DNA of 64,000 nucleotides from a virus (IMGVR_UViG_3300037067_007156:493519-557518), one strand, 5' to 3'; positions 53,628 to 64,000 are shown, counted from the stretch's first letter. Notes: generated by a model from the sequence alone, not told the origin. Numbers and translations: made by a program.

Positions 53628-56120
53628 TTAAATGATTATTTTCTCATTGAAGTCTTTTATTTTATTAAACTCCTTCACAAATGTAGAAAATTTTTCGTTA
53701 ATCCTCGACAGTTCCAAACTTTGTTTTACATTATGTTTAGATATTTCCTTTTCCGATACTTTTTCGACCAACATTTTCAATATATTAGATACCATTACAT
53801 CTAATGTAATTTTTTTATCTATACTTTGAAATGATGTTAAAATGTCATATAATTTCGGGTCAAGCGTTTTTTCACCGAGTTTAAATTTGACATTTTTAGA
53901 CTTTAAATATATGGATGAATTTTTATTATCCACATAATCATCAATGACATCTTGTGTATTCTCTTGAATTTTTTTCTTGAAGTAATTTACACCACCCATG
54001 ATACCCCTTTTAATTATATCTTGTGTGTAGGTTAAAACTTCATTGTTTTTATCCTTATGATGGTCTCTGATACCAACGGCACACAATCCCATAATCACTG
54101 TATATTCAAGAAAATATAAGTATAACTCTTTCAACTCTTTTCTTTGAATATTCGTGATGCTCTTCATATCAATGTTATTATCATAAAAATAAAGAGAAAC
54201 TGCAATCGGGAGATTCATATGTATATTTGAAGTACCACCAAAAACACGTTTGATAATTTCCAATGTTATTTTAATAGATATGTTCTTGGAATCTTCAAAT
54301 ATGGATTTAATGTATGTAGAAATAATAAAATATTCATCAATAAGTTTAATGATGAATTTTTTACCGCCTTCATCAATCAATGTTTCCAATTGTTCACGAT
54401 AATGACTACCTTTTATTTTATAGCGCATCCGTAAAAAATACTGGAATGTTAATTCTGATGAATCTTGTATAGATGATGTTTTTCCCAGTATATTCAAATA
54501 TGAAGAAGCCTGATAAAATTTATGACTTATTTCTTTTTGAATTTCTGGTTCATCATTAAAATGATTGAGTAAAATTGATTTAGTCAACTCATAATTATTT
54601 AATTTTTTAGTTGACGTATTCAAAGTGATGAAAACATCATTCGCATTAACACTTTCATGTAATATACCAGCTTCACATGCAACATTCATTAGACTGTAAA
54701 AAATGAACTTCAAATCTAATATTCTGTTGCCATATTCATTACAAATAAAATTCAGTTTATTCAAAATATTATAAACTGAAAAATCTTTGTAATAAAAATC
54801 GGAGAATTTGCCATAATTATTCAATAAAACTATTTGTTCATAGTTTTCATTAATGAACTTGAACACCTCAGTATAAATTTTTTGGTCTTGATTTTTAACG
54901 AAATTTAAATTCGTTAAAATTTTATTTAAAATACCATACATAACTGAGAAGCTTTTATATTCTTCACTGTTAATTGTGTTCTTTATTTTATTCAAATGAT
55001 TGAATTGAATAACATAAATTAAAAGTTGAGTAGTTAAACGTTGTTGACCATCAATAATAGACAGTTTATCGTTTTTCTTATCGATTACAATAGAACCGAT
55101 GTTTGTGACCCGTTTGTGTTTATAATTTTTTATTAACGAATCAATATAAACATCAATTTCTTCTTTACCCCAGACATACTCTCTTTGATAATAATCAAAT
55201 GTAATAGAATCGTGAAATAATGTCACGACTTGTTTCTGAGAAAAAGACACAGATTGAATAAACTGAATCTTAGAATAATCTTCTAATTCATTAAGTTTAT
55301 TGATTAAATCAGCAGATAATGATTTTTTAGGGATAAGACCCGAAACAGAAAGAAGAGTTGAAGTTTTTTCTTCAGTTTTAGATGAAATATTTACATCTTG
55401 TTTTACACCTTTTGTTATATGCATGAATTCTTTTTTAAGAATCACGGGGTCTTTAGATAATAAAGTCTTTTTATTAAGACTGCCTTTGGGTCTACCCCGT
55501 TCACGTTTTTCCTGTTTTTTTATTTCAGGATTTTGCATTTTCAAAAGAGTATTTTTATTTAAAGAACCTTTAGGTCTACCTTTTTCATGTTTCAACTTCA
55601 CCTCAACTGGTGTAATTTTCATCTTTTCGATAGTTTTTTTATTTAAACTACCTTTAGGTCTACCTCTATCACGCATTACTTTAATGACTGGTATATTTTT
55701 ATCCAGTTTTTCCAAAGTTTTTTTATTAAGACTACCAAATGGTCTACCTCTTTCCTTTTTTATTTTTGGTTGTTGAGATAAGGAAGATAAGTTTAACAAT
55801 GTTTTTTTGTTTAAACTTCCTTTTGGTCTACCTTGACTGCGTTTTGTTTCATCGCTTTCTGAACTAATAACTGAATTATTATTTTTCAATAATTTTTCAG
55901 TTTTTTTTGCACCATCCAAAACTTTTTTTAAACCCCCTTTTGGATAATTACGCAAAGCGTTTTTAGTAGTTCTTTCATTAGTGATTGACTCACCATTGGT
56001 TTTTTTAATAATACCACTTAATGATTTTTTCGAAGAAATCGTTTGGCCAATCACACGTTTGTTTTTATTAACAAGTTTTTTTGTTTCTTTACTTGTTAAA
56101 ATTTTCATTTGGCTTTTCAT
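53628..56120 (-). CDS. AT-hook repeat + DUF262 (GmrSD/ParB-like) protein
   Basis: five GRPxGSLNKxT repeats; YQREYVW, IIDGQQRLTT, VFITLN; TACTTTTG -7 element at 56153-56160 (minus). Confidence 0.8.
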   Translation of the reverse strand: MKSQMKILTSKETKKLVNKNKRVIGQTISSKKSLSGIIKKTNGESITNERTTKNALRNYPKGGLKKVLDGAKKTEKLLKNNNSVISSESDETKRSQGRPKGSLNKKTLLNLSSLSQQPKIKKERGRPFGSLNKKTLEKLDKNIPVIKVMRDRGRPKGSLNKKTIEKMKITPVEVKLKHEKGRPKGSLNKNTLLKMQNPEIKKQEKRERGRPKGSLNKKTLLSKDPVILKKEFMHITKGVKQDVNISSKTEEKTSTLLSVSGLIPKKSLSADLINKLNELEDYSKIQFIQSVSFSQKQVVTLFHDSITFDYYQREYVWGKEEIDVYIDSLIKNYKHKRVTNIGSIVIDKKNDKLSIIDGQQRLTTQLLIYVIQFNHLNKIKNTINSEEYKSFSVMYGILNKILTNLNFVKNQDQKIYTEVFKFINENYEQIVLLNNYGKFSDFYYKDFSVYNILNKLNFICNEYGNRILDLKFIFYSLMNVACEAGILHESVNANDVFITLNTSTKKLNNYELTKSILLNHFNDEPEIQKEISHKFYQASSYLNILGKTSSIQDSSELTFQYFLRMRYKIKGSHYREQLETLIDEGGKKFIIKLIDEYFIISTYIKSIFEDSKNISIKITLEIIKRVFGGTSNIHMNLPIAVSLYFYDNNIDMKSITNIQRKELKELYLYFLEYTVIMGLCAVGIRDHHKDKNNEVLTYTQDIIKRGIMGGVNYFKKKIQENTQDVIDDYVDNKNSSIYLKSKNVKFKLGEKTLDPKLYDILTSFQSIDKKITLDVMVSNILKMLVEKVSEKEISKHNVKQSLELSRINEKFSTFVKEFNKIKDFNEKIII

Positions 56121-56596
56121 AACACACAAATTTTTAATTATTAAATCCTGTACAAAAGTAAATAAAAAAATATAACAGTTTATTTTAAAATAAAGTTTTT
56201 TAACCGATATTGTTGAATATCATCTATTTTGTATGATTTTCATCATCGGTTTTGTGGCGGTAAATAAAAAAATAAAAAATAAATAATCGGATGTTATATT
56301 TTTTATGTTGTTTTTATTTAATAAACATATATCATGGAATATTGTTCATTTGAATATTAATTACAACCAAAATTATTATATTATTTAATATTAAAGTTAT
56401 ACAATTTCATTAAAATTTTATATAATTCACACATTTTCAATAATTTCTAAAAATTAAAAGTATTTAAAATATATTTATATAAAAAATAATATAAAATATT
56501 ATCTACAATTTTTGTTTGTTATATAAAAATATAATTAACTTTGTTACTTCAAATAAATATTTCAAATAAATAATACAAATAAAAAATTTTGAAACT

Positions 56597-57235
56597 ATGA
56601 GTAAGTTTAAATCTATTTTTATCAGAGAGGATGAAACTAAATCCACTGATGGGAAAGGTGCTGCTACTAATACTGTGCAGCAACCTGTAATACAACCAGA
56701 AATTCAGCCAACTTATTCGGCTGGTGTTCAGGGGATGGTTAATGAAAAAATTCTACAAAGTCTTAAAGAAGTTATTGAAAAAAATAACATAACTGGGGCT
56801 GATTATTATGAATTATCAATAGCAGTTGGACAACTGACTAACATCATTCCTGATGAAAAAACAAGAATGCTTGCAGCGTTTTCCACGTTAAAAACATCAG
56901 CACCTGACATTTCAAAAGAAAAACTATTGAGTTCAATCGACACTTATGTTCAACTTCTGAACAAAGAAAAAGAAAGTTTTTCTGCTGATTTAAAACAACG
57001 TTTTAATGATAGTGTTGGTAAAAAAACCAAAGCTGTTGCTGACGCTCAACAAAAACTTATCGACCTACAAAAGGAACAAACAACCTTGAATCAATTCATC
57101 ATTGAAGAATCTCAAAAAGCTCAACAAGAAGAATTAAAACTGAAACAAGTTGAGTCAAATTTCAATGCTACTATGGCTCATTTATTGGGTATAATGGAAG
57201 CAGATAAATTAAAAATAACACAATTCATTCAATAA
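56597..57235 (+). CDS. coiled-coil protein, first gene of ABC operon
   Basis: GADYYE motif, long C-terminal coiled coil; TAACTTTG -7 element at 56536-56543. Confidence 0.7.
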   Translation: MSKFKSIFIREDETKSTDGKGAATNTVQQPVIQPEIQPTYSAGVQGMVNEKILQSLKEVIEKNNITGADYYELSIAVGQLTNIIPDEKTRMLAAFSTLKTSAPDISKEKLLSSIDTYVQLLNKEKESFSADLKQRFNDSVGKKTKAVADAQQKLIDLQKEQTTLNQFIIEESQKAQQEELKLKQVESNFNATMAHLLGIMEADKLKITQFIQ

Positions 57236-57248
57236 AAAATATAAATTT

Positions 57249-58265
57249 ATGAATAATTTTATACCCCCATCTATGAATGGGGAACGTAAACCATTATGGA
57301 AACAAAAAGGTGGTGGGTTTGCCACAGTGATGTTAGTTGCTGGTATAATAACTTTTATATTATTATCACCAAAACTATTATTTTTATTTCAATCTACTTT
57401 AAGTGCAATTTTAACCCTATGTGGAATAGGTGTGGTTTTATTTCTTCTAACTGATAAAAAGTTCCGTATGGGACTTAGTGTTGGTTATTATATTTTTATG
57501 AAAAAATTATTTGGTGTTTTTGTGGAAATCGCACCCGATAAGATTCTTGACCGTAGAATTGAACAGATGGAAGCCAATATTGCCAAGAGTGAAAGAAGCA
57601 CTGGTAATATGGGTGGTATTAAAACAGAAATCGAAGCTAAGTTAAAAGCTAAAAGAAAATTAATAAAAGAGCAAGCTGATACTGCTTTAATATACGAAAA
57701 ACAAGGTGATACTAATCATGCTGCAATAGCGAAACGTGAAGTGACCCGTCAAACAGATTTAGCTAATATGTATATTGAAATTCTTAATAGTGTTACAAAA
57801 TGGTATGACACTTTAAAGAAATTATTAGAAATGGCTAAATTAACTGTTGAAGACGCTAAGAATGAAGTGGAAGCTATAAAAGAAAGGTATAAAATTGCTG
57901 CTATTTCATATAATGCTTACAAAGCAGCTATGTCAGCTATGAATGGTGACCCAGATGAAAATGCACTTTTTCAAGCAGCCATTGATAAAATGTCTGATGA
58001 TATCACTTCGAAATTAGGTGAGATGGAACTTGTTCTTAATGAAACTAATGGTGTTATCGGTAAACTTGATGTTCGAAAAGAAGTAATGTCAATTCAAGGT
58101 AGTCAATTATTAGAAAAATACGAAAAACTTGGTTTAGATGGTATTTTAGATAAATTTGAAAAATTACCTTCTGGAAAAAATCAGGATAATGTCGTATACC
58201 AATCAGCCAATTTTACCCCTATTACAGAGGGTAATACAAATACGAAAGCAAAATATTTCGATTAA
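57249..58265 (+). CDS. 2-TM protein with long PspA-like coiled coil
   Basis: two TM helices then ~230 aa helical region. Confidence 0.6.
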   Translation: MNNFIPPSMNGERKPLWKQKGGGFATVMLVAGIITFILLSPKLLFLFQSTLSAILTLCGIGVVLFLLTDKKFRMGLSVGYYIFMKKLFGVFVEIAPDKILDRRIEQMEANIAKSERSTGNMGGIKTEIEAKLKAKRKLIKEQADTALIYEKQGDTNHAAIAKREVTRQTDLANMYIEILNSVTKWYDTLKKLLEMAKLTVEDAKNEVEAIKERYKIAAISYNAYKAAMSAMNGDPDENALFQAAIDKMSDDITSKLGEMELVLNETNGVIGKLDVRKEVMSIQGSQLLEKYEKLGLDGILDKFEKLPSGKNQDNVVYQSANFTPITEGNTNTKAKYFD

Positions 58266-58298
58266 AAATTATTATTAACCAATTAAAACAATACAAAA

Positions 58299-59861
58299 AT
58301 GTTTAAAAATTTAACAGGTGCAGGTAGAGCTGCCGTAGGTATTATCATAGTTGCTATTTTATCATTAGCTTATGTATTCCTAATTAAACCGAATATTAAA
58401 AATTCGGGTTCTAATCCTACATCAACAGAAAAATCATCTGGTGGTGGTATTGCAGATATTTTTTCATCTGGTGATGAGTTAACTGTTACCTATAACACTT
58501 TCATTGGTTGCGCAGGTCTTGTTCTTATGAATGATGGTGTAACACCAAATAAAGATTCCAGAATGTATAAGGATTATGGTATTTTACTAACTATTAATAT
58601 ACAAGATGTTGTTAAAGATAGTCGTAGTTCTCTTATCTCTGGTGATATTGATGCTGTATATTGTACTACTGATGCTTTATCAATAGATATGAGTAGTGGA
58701 AGTGGTGTTGTTATGACAAAAGCCAAAGAGATAATGCAGACAAACCAATCACATGGTGCTGATGTTCTTATGGTTGACCCGTCAATAAAATCAATTGCAG
58801 ATTTAAAAGGTAAAGAAGTGGCTTGTGCTGTTGGCACTGCGTCACACACTGCTTTGATTAAGTTTTTGGAATTAAATAAAATGACTGTCAATGATATTAA
58901 AATCGTTGAAGTGGGTGATGGTATAGAAGCATCTGGTATGTTTAAATCGGGTTCAGTACCTGCTGCTATGGTTTGGTATCCTGATAATAAAGATTGTTTA
59001 GATGCTATCGCTGGTTCAAAAGAATTAATTTCAACACGACAAGCACCATCTATTATAGCTGATGGTTTACTCGTCCCCGAAGAAATTATCAATAATAAAA
59101 AAGAATCCCTTATTAAATTAGTTACGGCTTGGCTTGTTGGTAATGCTGAACTTAATGTAAGTGAATCCGCTAAACAAACAGCTGCTAAGTTATTTGCCAG
59201 AGATTTTTTAGGTGGTAAGGAAGGAACTGTTGAAGTTTCATATGATATGTTATCAGGTGTTAGGTTTTCAACATATGGGGATAATGTAAATTTTTTCGGT
59301 TTGAACCCAACTTTCACTGGTATTACTGGTGATGAAATGTACACTAAAATGGCTGTGATTTATTCTAAACTTGGATTGACTAAATCACCACAACCTTGGA
59401 GAAATGTATCCGATGTGTCAATCTTACAAGCCATAAATTTAGCAAATGACCCTAAACAAGCAGCAGAAGTAGCACCATCATTTACACCAGTTACAAAAGA
59501 AATGATTACTACACCTGCTATTAGTAATATAAAGGCATCTATTAATTTTGAAAATAATTCTTCATTCTTAACAGAAGATGCTAAATATATTATTAAAAAA
59601 GAATTCGCTGGTATAGCTAAATCATTTAGGGATGCCCGTATTAGAATATCAGGTAATACCGATAATGTTGGTAATGCTTCTTATAATAAAACATTATCAC
59701 AAAAACGTGCAAAAGCAGTTGCTGATTATTTAGTACAGGAATATGGATTTGACTCAAATAAATTTATTATAGTTGGAAATGGGTCAATAGAAGCTATTGA
59801 GGCTGGAGTTGTTGGTTCTGATGAATCATATAGAAGAACCGATTTCGAAGTTCTCAATTAA
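58299..59861 (+). CDS. NMT1/SsuA-type substrate-binding protein fused to OmpA-like domain
   Basis: SHGAD, IKSIADLKGKEVA; INFENNS, ISGNTDNVG, NKTLSQKRAKAVADYL, RRTDF. Confidence 0.88.
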   Translation: MFKNLTGAGRAAVGIIIVAILSLAYVFLIKPNIKNSGSNPTSTEKSSGGGIADIFSSGDELTVTYNTFIGCAGLVLMNDGVTPNKDSRMYKDYGILLTINIQDVVKDSRSSLISGDIDAVYCTTDALSIDMSSGSGVVMTKAKEIMQTNQSHGADVLMVDPSIKSIADLKGKEVACAVGTASHTALIKFLELNKMTVNDIKIVEVGDGIEASGMFKSGSVPAAMVWYPDNKDCLDAIAGSKELISTRQAPSIIADGLLVPEEIINNKKESLIKLVTAWLVGNAELNVSESAKQTAAKLFARDFLGGKEGTVEVSYDMLSGVRFSTYGDNVNFFGLNPTFTGITGDEMYTKMAVIYSKLGLTKSPQPWRNVSDVSILQAINLANDPKQAAEVAPSFTPVTKEMITTPAISNIKASINFENNSSFLTEDAKYIIKKEFAGIAKSFRDARIRISGNTDNVGNASYNKTLSQKRAKAVADYLVQEYGFDSNKFIIVGNGSIEAIEAGVVGSDESYRRTDFEVLN

Positions 59862-59944
59862 GAGTTGTATTGTTTATTTGGATGGAGAGTTGTGACATAA
59901 ATGTCACACTCTCTTTCATCATATTCACAAATAAAATTATTCAA

Positions 59945-60118
59945 ATGAAAAATATTTTAATCATACTGGGAATATTCCTATTACTTTTAGTTTGTGGATT
60001 TTATATATTTCCATTAGTTGTTGTAGCGTTCAAAGCCGTAATTGGTTTAGTATTTATATTATTAATAGTAATAGGAATTTATATCGGTTATATAATACCT
60101 AAAAAGAAAAAAAAATGA
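59945..60118 (+). CDS. small 2-TM membrane protein
   Basis: MKNILIILG... wholly hydrophobic with poly-K tail. Confidence 0.6.
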   Translation: MKNILIILGIFLLLLVCGFYIFPLVVVAFKAVIGLVFILLIVIGIYIGYIIPKKKKK

Positions 60119-61026
60119 GTAAATCTGAAATATTTAAAATGGGTGGTATTGTTAATTCTAAAACCCGTTTATTTTTATCTATATTGGGTGTTATTGGTTT
60201 TTTATTAACATGGCAGATAGCAAGTCATTTTAGTAAACCCCAAATATTACCTTCACCGTTTAGAGTTTTATTAGCATTAAAAGAAATTCTTCTTGAACCG
60301 AATACATATTTTAATATTTGGTATTCTATTAAATTAAATTTATTAGGATATGTAATAGCACTTGGAATTACAATACCTTTTGGATTTCTGATGTCATTAT
60401 ATCCAATTGGACGAGGTTTGTTTAATACAAATCTTAATGCAGCAAGATATTTACCACTCACTGCTGTTACTGGTTTATTTATAGCGTGGTTTGGTATCCA
60501 ATTCGATATGAAAGCTTATTTTATGGGATTTTCCATTTTAATATATCTGTTACCTGCTATGACCCAGAGAGTCGATGAAACTGAAAAAATACATTTACAA
60601 ATTATACATACACTTGGTGCATCCAGTTGGCAGAAATTTAAACATGTATATTTTCCTTCTGTGATGAGTAAATTTTGGAAAGATACAAGATTATTGGTTG
60701 CTATCTCTTGGACTTATATTATTGTAGCTGAATTAATAAACAAAGAAGGTGGAGTGGGTGCTATGATTTTTAATGCAGGTAAACAAAGCCGGATTGATGT
60801 TATTATAGCTGTTTTAATATTAATCATTGCGATTGGTATGTTACAAGATGTACTTTTTTATGTAAGTGATAGATTAATGTTTCCACATGATTATAATATT
60901 TATCGAAAGAAAAACATCATAAAATCATCAACAAATATACCAACAACACCTGTGGACACTGGAACACCTATAACTTCAATAGAACCAAGGAAATCATTTC
61001 TACAAAAATTAAAACTCGTTAAATAA
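60115..61026 (+). CDS. ABC transporter permease (NitT/TauT/SsuC type)
   Basis: ILPSP, TLGASSWQKFKHVYFP, SWTYIIVAELI. Confidence 0.9.
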   Translation: MSKSEIFKMGGIVNSKTRLFLSILGVIGFLLTWQIASHFSKPQILPSPFRVLLALKEILLEPNTYFNIWYSIKLNLLGYVIALGITIPFGFLMSLYPIGRGLFNTNLNAARYLPLTAVTGLFIAWFGIQFDMKAYFMGFSILIYLLPAMTQRVDETEKIHLQIIHTLGASSWQKFKHVYFPSVMSKFWKDTRLLVAISWTYIIVAELINKEGGVGAMIFNAGKQSRIDVIIAVLILIIAIGMLQDVLFYVSDRLMFPHDYNIYRKKNIIKSSTNIPTTPVDTGTPITSIEPRKSFLQKLKLVK

Positions 61027-61027
61027 T

Positions 61028-61858
61028 ATGAGCTATTTCGAAGAAAGTACAAGCAACAATATCCAGTCCACACCAAAAGTTACAGGTGATGTCAACATTA
61101 TTGATTATATTAATATAACTCAAAAATTTGAAAATGGACGTATATTATTTGACAATTTTAATTTGTCAATTGAAGATATTAAAGACGGTGGTCAGTTCAC
61201 CACTATTCTTGGAAAAAGTGGATGTGGGAAAAGTCAGCTTCTTAAATATTTATCAGATTTACAAACACCAACATCTGGTGATGTTTTAATATATGGTAAA
61301 AAACACTCTGCTGATAATCGTATACCAATGATATTTCAGGAATATTCTTCATTTCCTTGGTATTCTGTTTTACAAAATGTATCACTACCTTTGATTCTAA
61401 AGGGTGTAAGTAAAAAAGAAGCCGAAGAAAAGGCTATTAAAATGATTGATTTTGTTGGTTTAAAAGGTCACGAATATAAATGGGCTAAACAAGGTCAACT
61501 TTCCGGTGGTCAATTACAAAGAGTTGCCATAGCAAGAAACTTGGTTTCTAATCCACAAATACTATTATTAGATGAACCTATGTCAGCATTGGATATTATA
61601 ACTAAAAATGAAATTAGAAATCTTTTGTTGACTTTATTTTACAACAAAGAAATAGATATTACATTTCTTTTAGTGACTCATGATATTTCCGAAGCTGTTT
61701 ATTTATCAAATAGGATTATTATATTAGGTGGTTCACCAACTAAAATTTTAAAAGATTATAGCATTGATTTAGGTCATAGAACACCAGATATAAAGAATAC
61801 AATGCAATTCATAAATTATGTAAAAGAAATTGACCACGATTTTAATACTTTAACTTAA
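61028..61858 (+). CDS. ABC transporter ATP-binding protein (NitT/TauT/SsuB type)
   Basis: GKSGCGKS, LSGGQLQR, LLLDEPMSALD, VTHDISEA. Confidence 0.95.
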   Translation: MSYFEESTSNNIQSTPKVTGDVNIIDYINITQKFENGRILFDNFNLSIEDIKDGGQFTTILGKSGCGKSQLLKYLSDLQTPTSGDVLIYGKKHSADNRIPMIFQEYSSFPWYSVLQNVSLPLILKGVSKKEAEEKAIKMIDFVGLKGHEYKWAKQGQLSGGQLQRVAIARNLVSNPQILLLDEPMSALDIITKNEIRNLLLTLFYNKEIDITFLLVTHDISEAVYLSNRIIILGGSPTKILKDYSIDLGHRTPDIKNTMQFINYVKEIDHDFNTLT

Positions 61859-61871
61859 AATTAAACATCAT

Positions 61872-62504
61872 ATGAACTTGTTTTTACCAGAAATAGGAAG
61901 TCAATTACAATTAACTAAGGATTGGAATTTCATACTTTATTCCGAATATCGTAATGAAAGCATGATTAAAAAAATTGGTGGTACGTTTAGTTGGAGTAAA
62001 AGTGGAGCTAAGAACTATCTTGTTACTATACCAAAAGATACTATACTAACAGTTGATAGAGTTTATATCAGAAAAGGTGTTAGTGATTTTAGTTCTTTAA
62101 CATTCAGAATACCTAAAGATAAAAACAAAAAACATATCTATGCTGGTGTTCGTTTCTGGGCTAAATTATCTGATGTTAATAAAATTGAGTTTGAATTAAT
62201 TTCATGTAATGAAAAAACATTGGAATTAATTCGAAATATCGATGAAAAGTCTAAAGAAGTTCTGGATTCCCTCGAACAATCTTTCTTCATGAAAACATTA
62301 TTAGGTGGGAAAACAATAAATAATATCAGGACTATGGATACTCCTGAACATTTTTTATTGCGACTTAATGATGCAATGGCTGAACTTAAAAAGAAATACC
62401 ATTATTCTGAAACTGCCAAGAATATTGATAAAAATATGATTCAATTTATCAGGGCTTATAAAATTTATACATTATTTGGTGATGATGAGGAAGTAATACA
62501 ATAG
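61872..62504 (+). CDS. phage hypothetical protein with RxxK tag
   Basis: LTVDRVYIRKG, RFWAKL; ends FIRAYKIYTLFG. Confidence 0.7.
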   Translation: MNLFLPEIGSQLQLTKDWNFILYSEYRNESMIKKIGGTFSWSKSGAKNYLVTIPKDTILTVDRVYIRKGVSDFSSLTFRIPKDKNKKHIYAGVRFWAKLSDVNKIEFELISCNEKTLELIRNIDEKSKEVLDSLEQSFFMKTLLGGKTINNIRTMDTPEHFLLRLNDAMAELKKKYHYSETAKNIDKNMIQFIRAYKIYTLFGDDEEVIQ

Positions 62505-62507
62505 AAT

Positions 62508-62681
62508 ATGACACAAAAAGATATGTTCGAAAAATCCTTTCAGAAACCAAGCAATTTCTTTAAATTATCTGCTGAGAGACAATGACAAATTGATAAAGAA
62601 CTTGGAATTCTGGATTGGGTGGGTGGTAATCTAACCCAAGAAGAAATGATAAGGTTTCAAAATCATTATAAGAAAAAATGA
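62508..62681 (+). pseudogene. small ORF with in-frame TGA
   Basis: MTQKDMFEKSFQKPSNFFKLSAERQ*QIDKELGILDW...; TGA at 62583-62585. Confidence 0.5.
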
Positions 62682-63699
62682 TTAAAATGGAAAAGAAAAA
62701 CCTAAAAGTTGAATACTGGAAAGAAGGACGGTTCATCATCATTGATGAAGATAGTGGTGAAGTTGTTGATGATGCACAGGGATATGGTTATAAGGATAAG
62801 CAAAAAGCATCCAAAGCAATGTGGTGGAAATTTGGTGGTGGAAAAGAGAAAAAAGATAATGAGAAAACTCTTTTTAAAGATTGGATTAAAAATGATACGA
62901 ATAAAAAAATATTTTGTGAAATTAATGATATAATAGAAATCAATTTTAAGGAAATCGCACGAAAAGAAGTAACTATTAGTGAAATAATAAAAGAAGTTGA
63001 AAATAATCACAATCTAAAAATACCAAAATTTGTTGTTAATAATTTATAAAAAATAAAATTATGTATTTACTTATAATTTGGATTATAGCAACTGTTTTAG
63101 CTGTTATAATAACTATAAAAATTGATGAAGAAGATAGTATAGCTGGTTTGATATTCGGTTCAATTATTTTTTATTTTATTGTTGTGGGTTGTTTAAGATT
63201 GAATTATGCTTCCGTAAATAATCTGGATGTAACCGAATACAAACCTTTACTTATAGCATCCTTAACACAAGACAAAGAAACGAAATTAAATGGTGATTTC
63301 ATTTTAGGTTGTGGTAGTATAAGTGGTGTAACAAATGATTATTATATAACCTACGGAAAATATGTGGTTGGTTTAAAAAGAATAAAATTGGACGCTTATA
63401 ATACTTATTTAGAAAAAAGTAATTCAGAAGTACCTAAAATAAAAAATTATTATATAAGAATTATTAAAAAAGAATTTAAATCAAAATGGTTTTGGAATAG
63501 AAAAGAAACTATTGAAGATTGGACTAAATATATTGGTGAATTGTATATGGTAGTACCAACTAATACTATTAAAATAGAAGGAACATTTAATATTGACCAT
63601 TAAAAAATATGATATGTTAATTCGAATATTTGCATTTTTATTATTAATGATATTATCACCTATTATACTTTTTTGTATAATAGCTACTGTTATATTTGA

Positions 63700-63999
63700 T
63701 TAACTGTATAACTTAAATACTTTTACTTTTTTACCTTTTTCTTTAGCTATATTAATTGTGTGTTGAGTCCCTTTACTATCATTTATCTGAAAAGCCACAA
63801 CAGCATCACAATTATTGACAATATCAACATTTCTTTTAAACCCAGCAGATTTTCCAAATTTGTTCCAATCCGGGTAAAATATTTGAACAGGTATATTATT
63901 TTCTTTAGCGTATCGTTCTCCGAGTGTATCAGCCCCTTTAGCACCACCAGATATTATAAGTGATACTTTGTCTCTAATTGGTTCTAAAACCTTTTTTAA
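63700..63999 (-). CDS. SLOG/YspA-like (DUF2493) protein, partial, runs off window
   Basis: IISGGAKGADTLGERYA, PDWNKFGKSAGFKRN, SKGTQHTI. Confidence 0.85.
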   Translation of the reverse strand, partial: LKKVLEPIRDKVSLIISGGAKGADTLGERYAKENNIPVQIFYPDWNKFGKSAGFKRNVDIVNNCDAVVAFQINDSKGTQHTINIAKEKGKKVKVFKLYS

Positions 64000-64000
64000 G

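Noticed and set aside
55460-55840. CRISPR-like periodic repeats
   Set aside because: Degenerate at third codon positions; they encode AT-hook peptides. No CRISPR array or cas gene seen in the window.
56160-56590. Replication origin in AT-rich gap
   Set aside because: Explained by divergent promoters; no iterons seen and the whole window is AT-rich.
55300-59344. Long antisense ORFs 55300-55776 and 58574-59344
   Set aside because: Shadows of well-supported genes on the other strand.
62508-62681. TGA-to-Trp recoding
   Set aside because: Single instance; TGA serves as a normal stop elsewhere and tRNA-Trp has CCA. A point mutation is more likely.

Overview
Very AT-rich, densely packed fragment of a large T4-like/jumbo phage genome, read in the standard genetic code. 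The host is probably a Bacteroidota species, judging by the Bacteroidota-type RpoD sigma factor, TAnnTTTG promoters and SiaC/WG-repeat genes. Recognisable genes: a C-terminal split family B DNA polymerase with a mini-intein, two DNA methyltransferases, HNH and other homing endonucleases, a TnpB element inserted in a decayed NucA-type nuclease, Pth2, macrodomain, two Nudix, ATP-grasp, an AT-hook/DUF262 protein, a NitT/TauT-type ABC operon with an SBP-OmpA fusion, and 11 tRNA genes plus one tRNA-like gene. Main finding: the tRNA operon is preceded by an unannotated 38-codon leader ORF that overlaps an antiterminator/terminator switch. Its 21 consecutive codons 4-24 use only the eight amino acids whose tRNAs lie downstream, which suggests a ribosome-mediated attenuator switching phage tRNA transcription on when those tRNAs run short. 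Other window-wide patterns: a C-terminal RxxK(I/L)xx(I/L) tag on about 20 unrelated proteins, N-terminal capsid-targeting-like peptides coupled to an AATATATA late-promoter motif, a long-variable-arm tRNA-His and several candidate structured RNAs. All calls are by-eye motif recognition; no searches were run.
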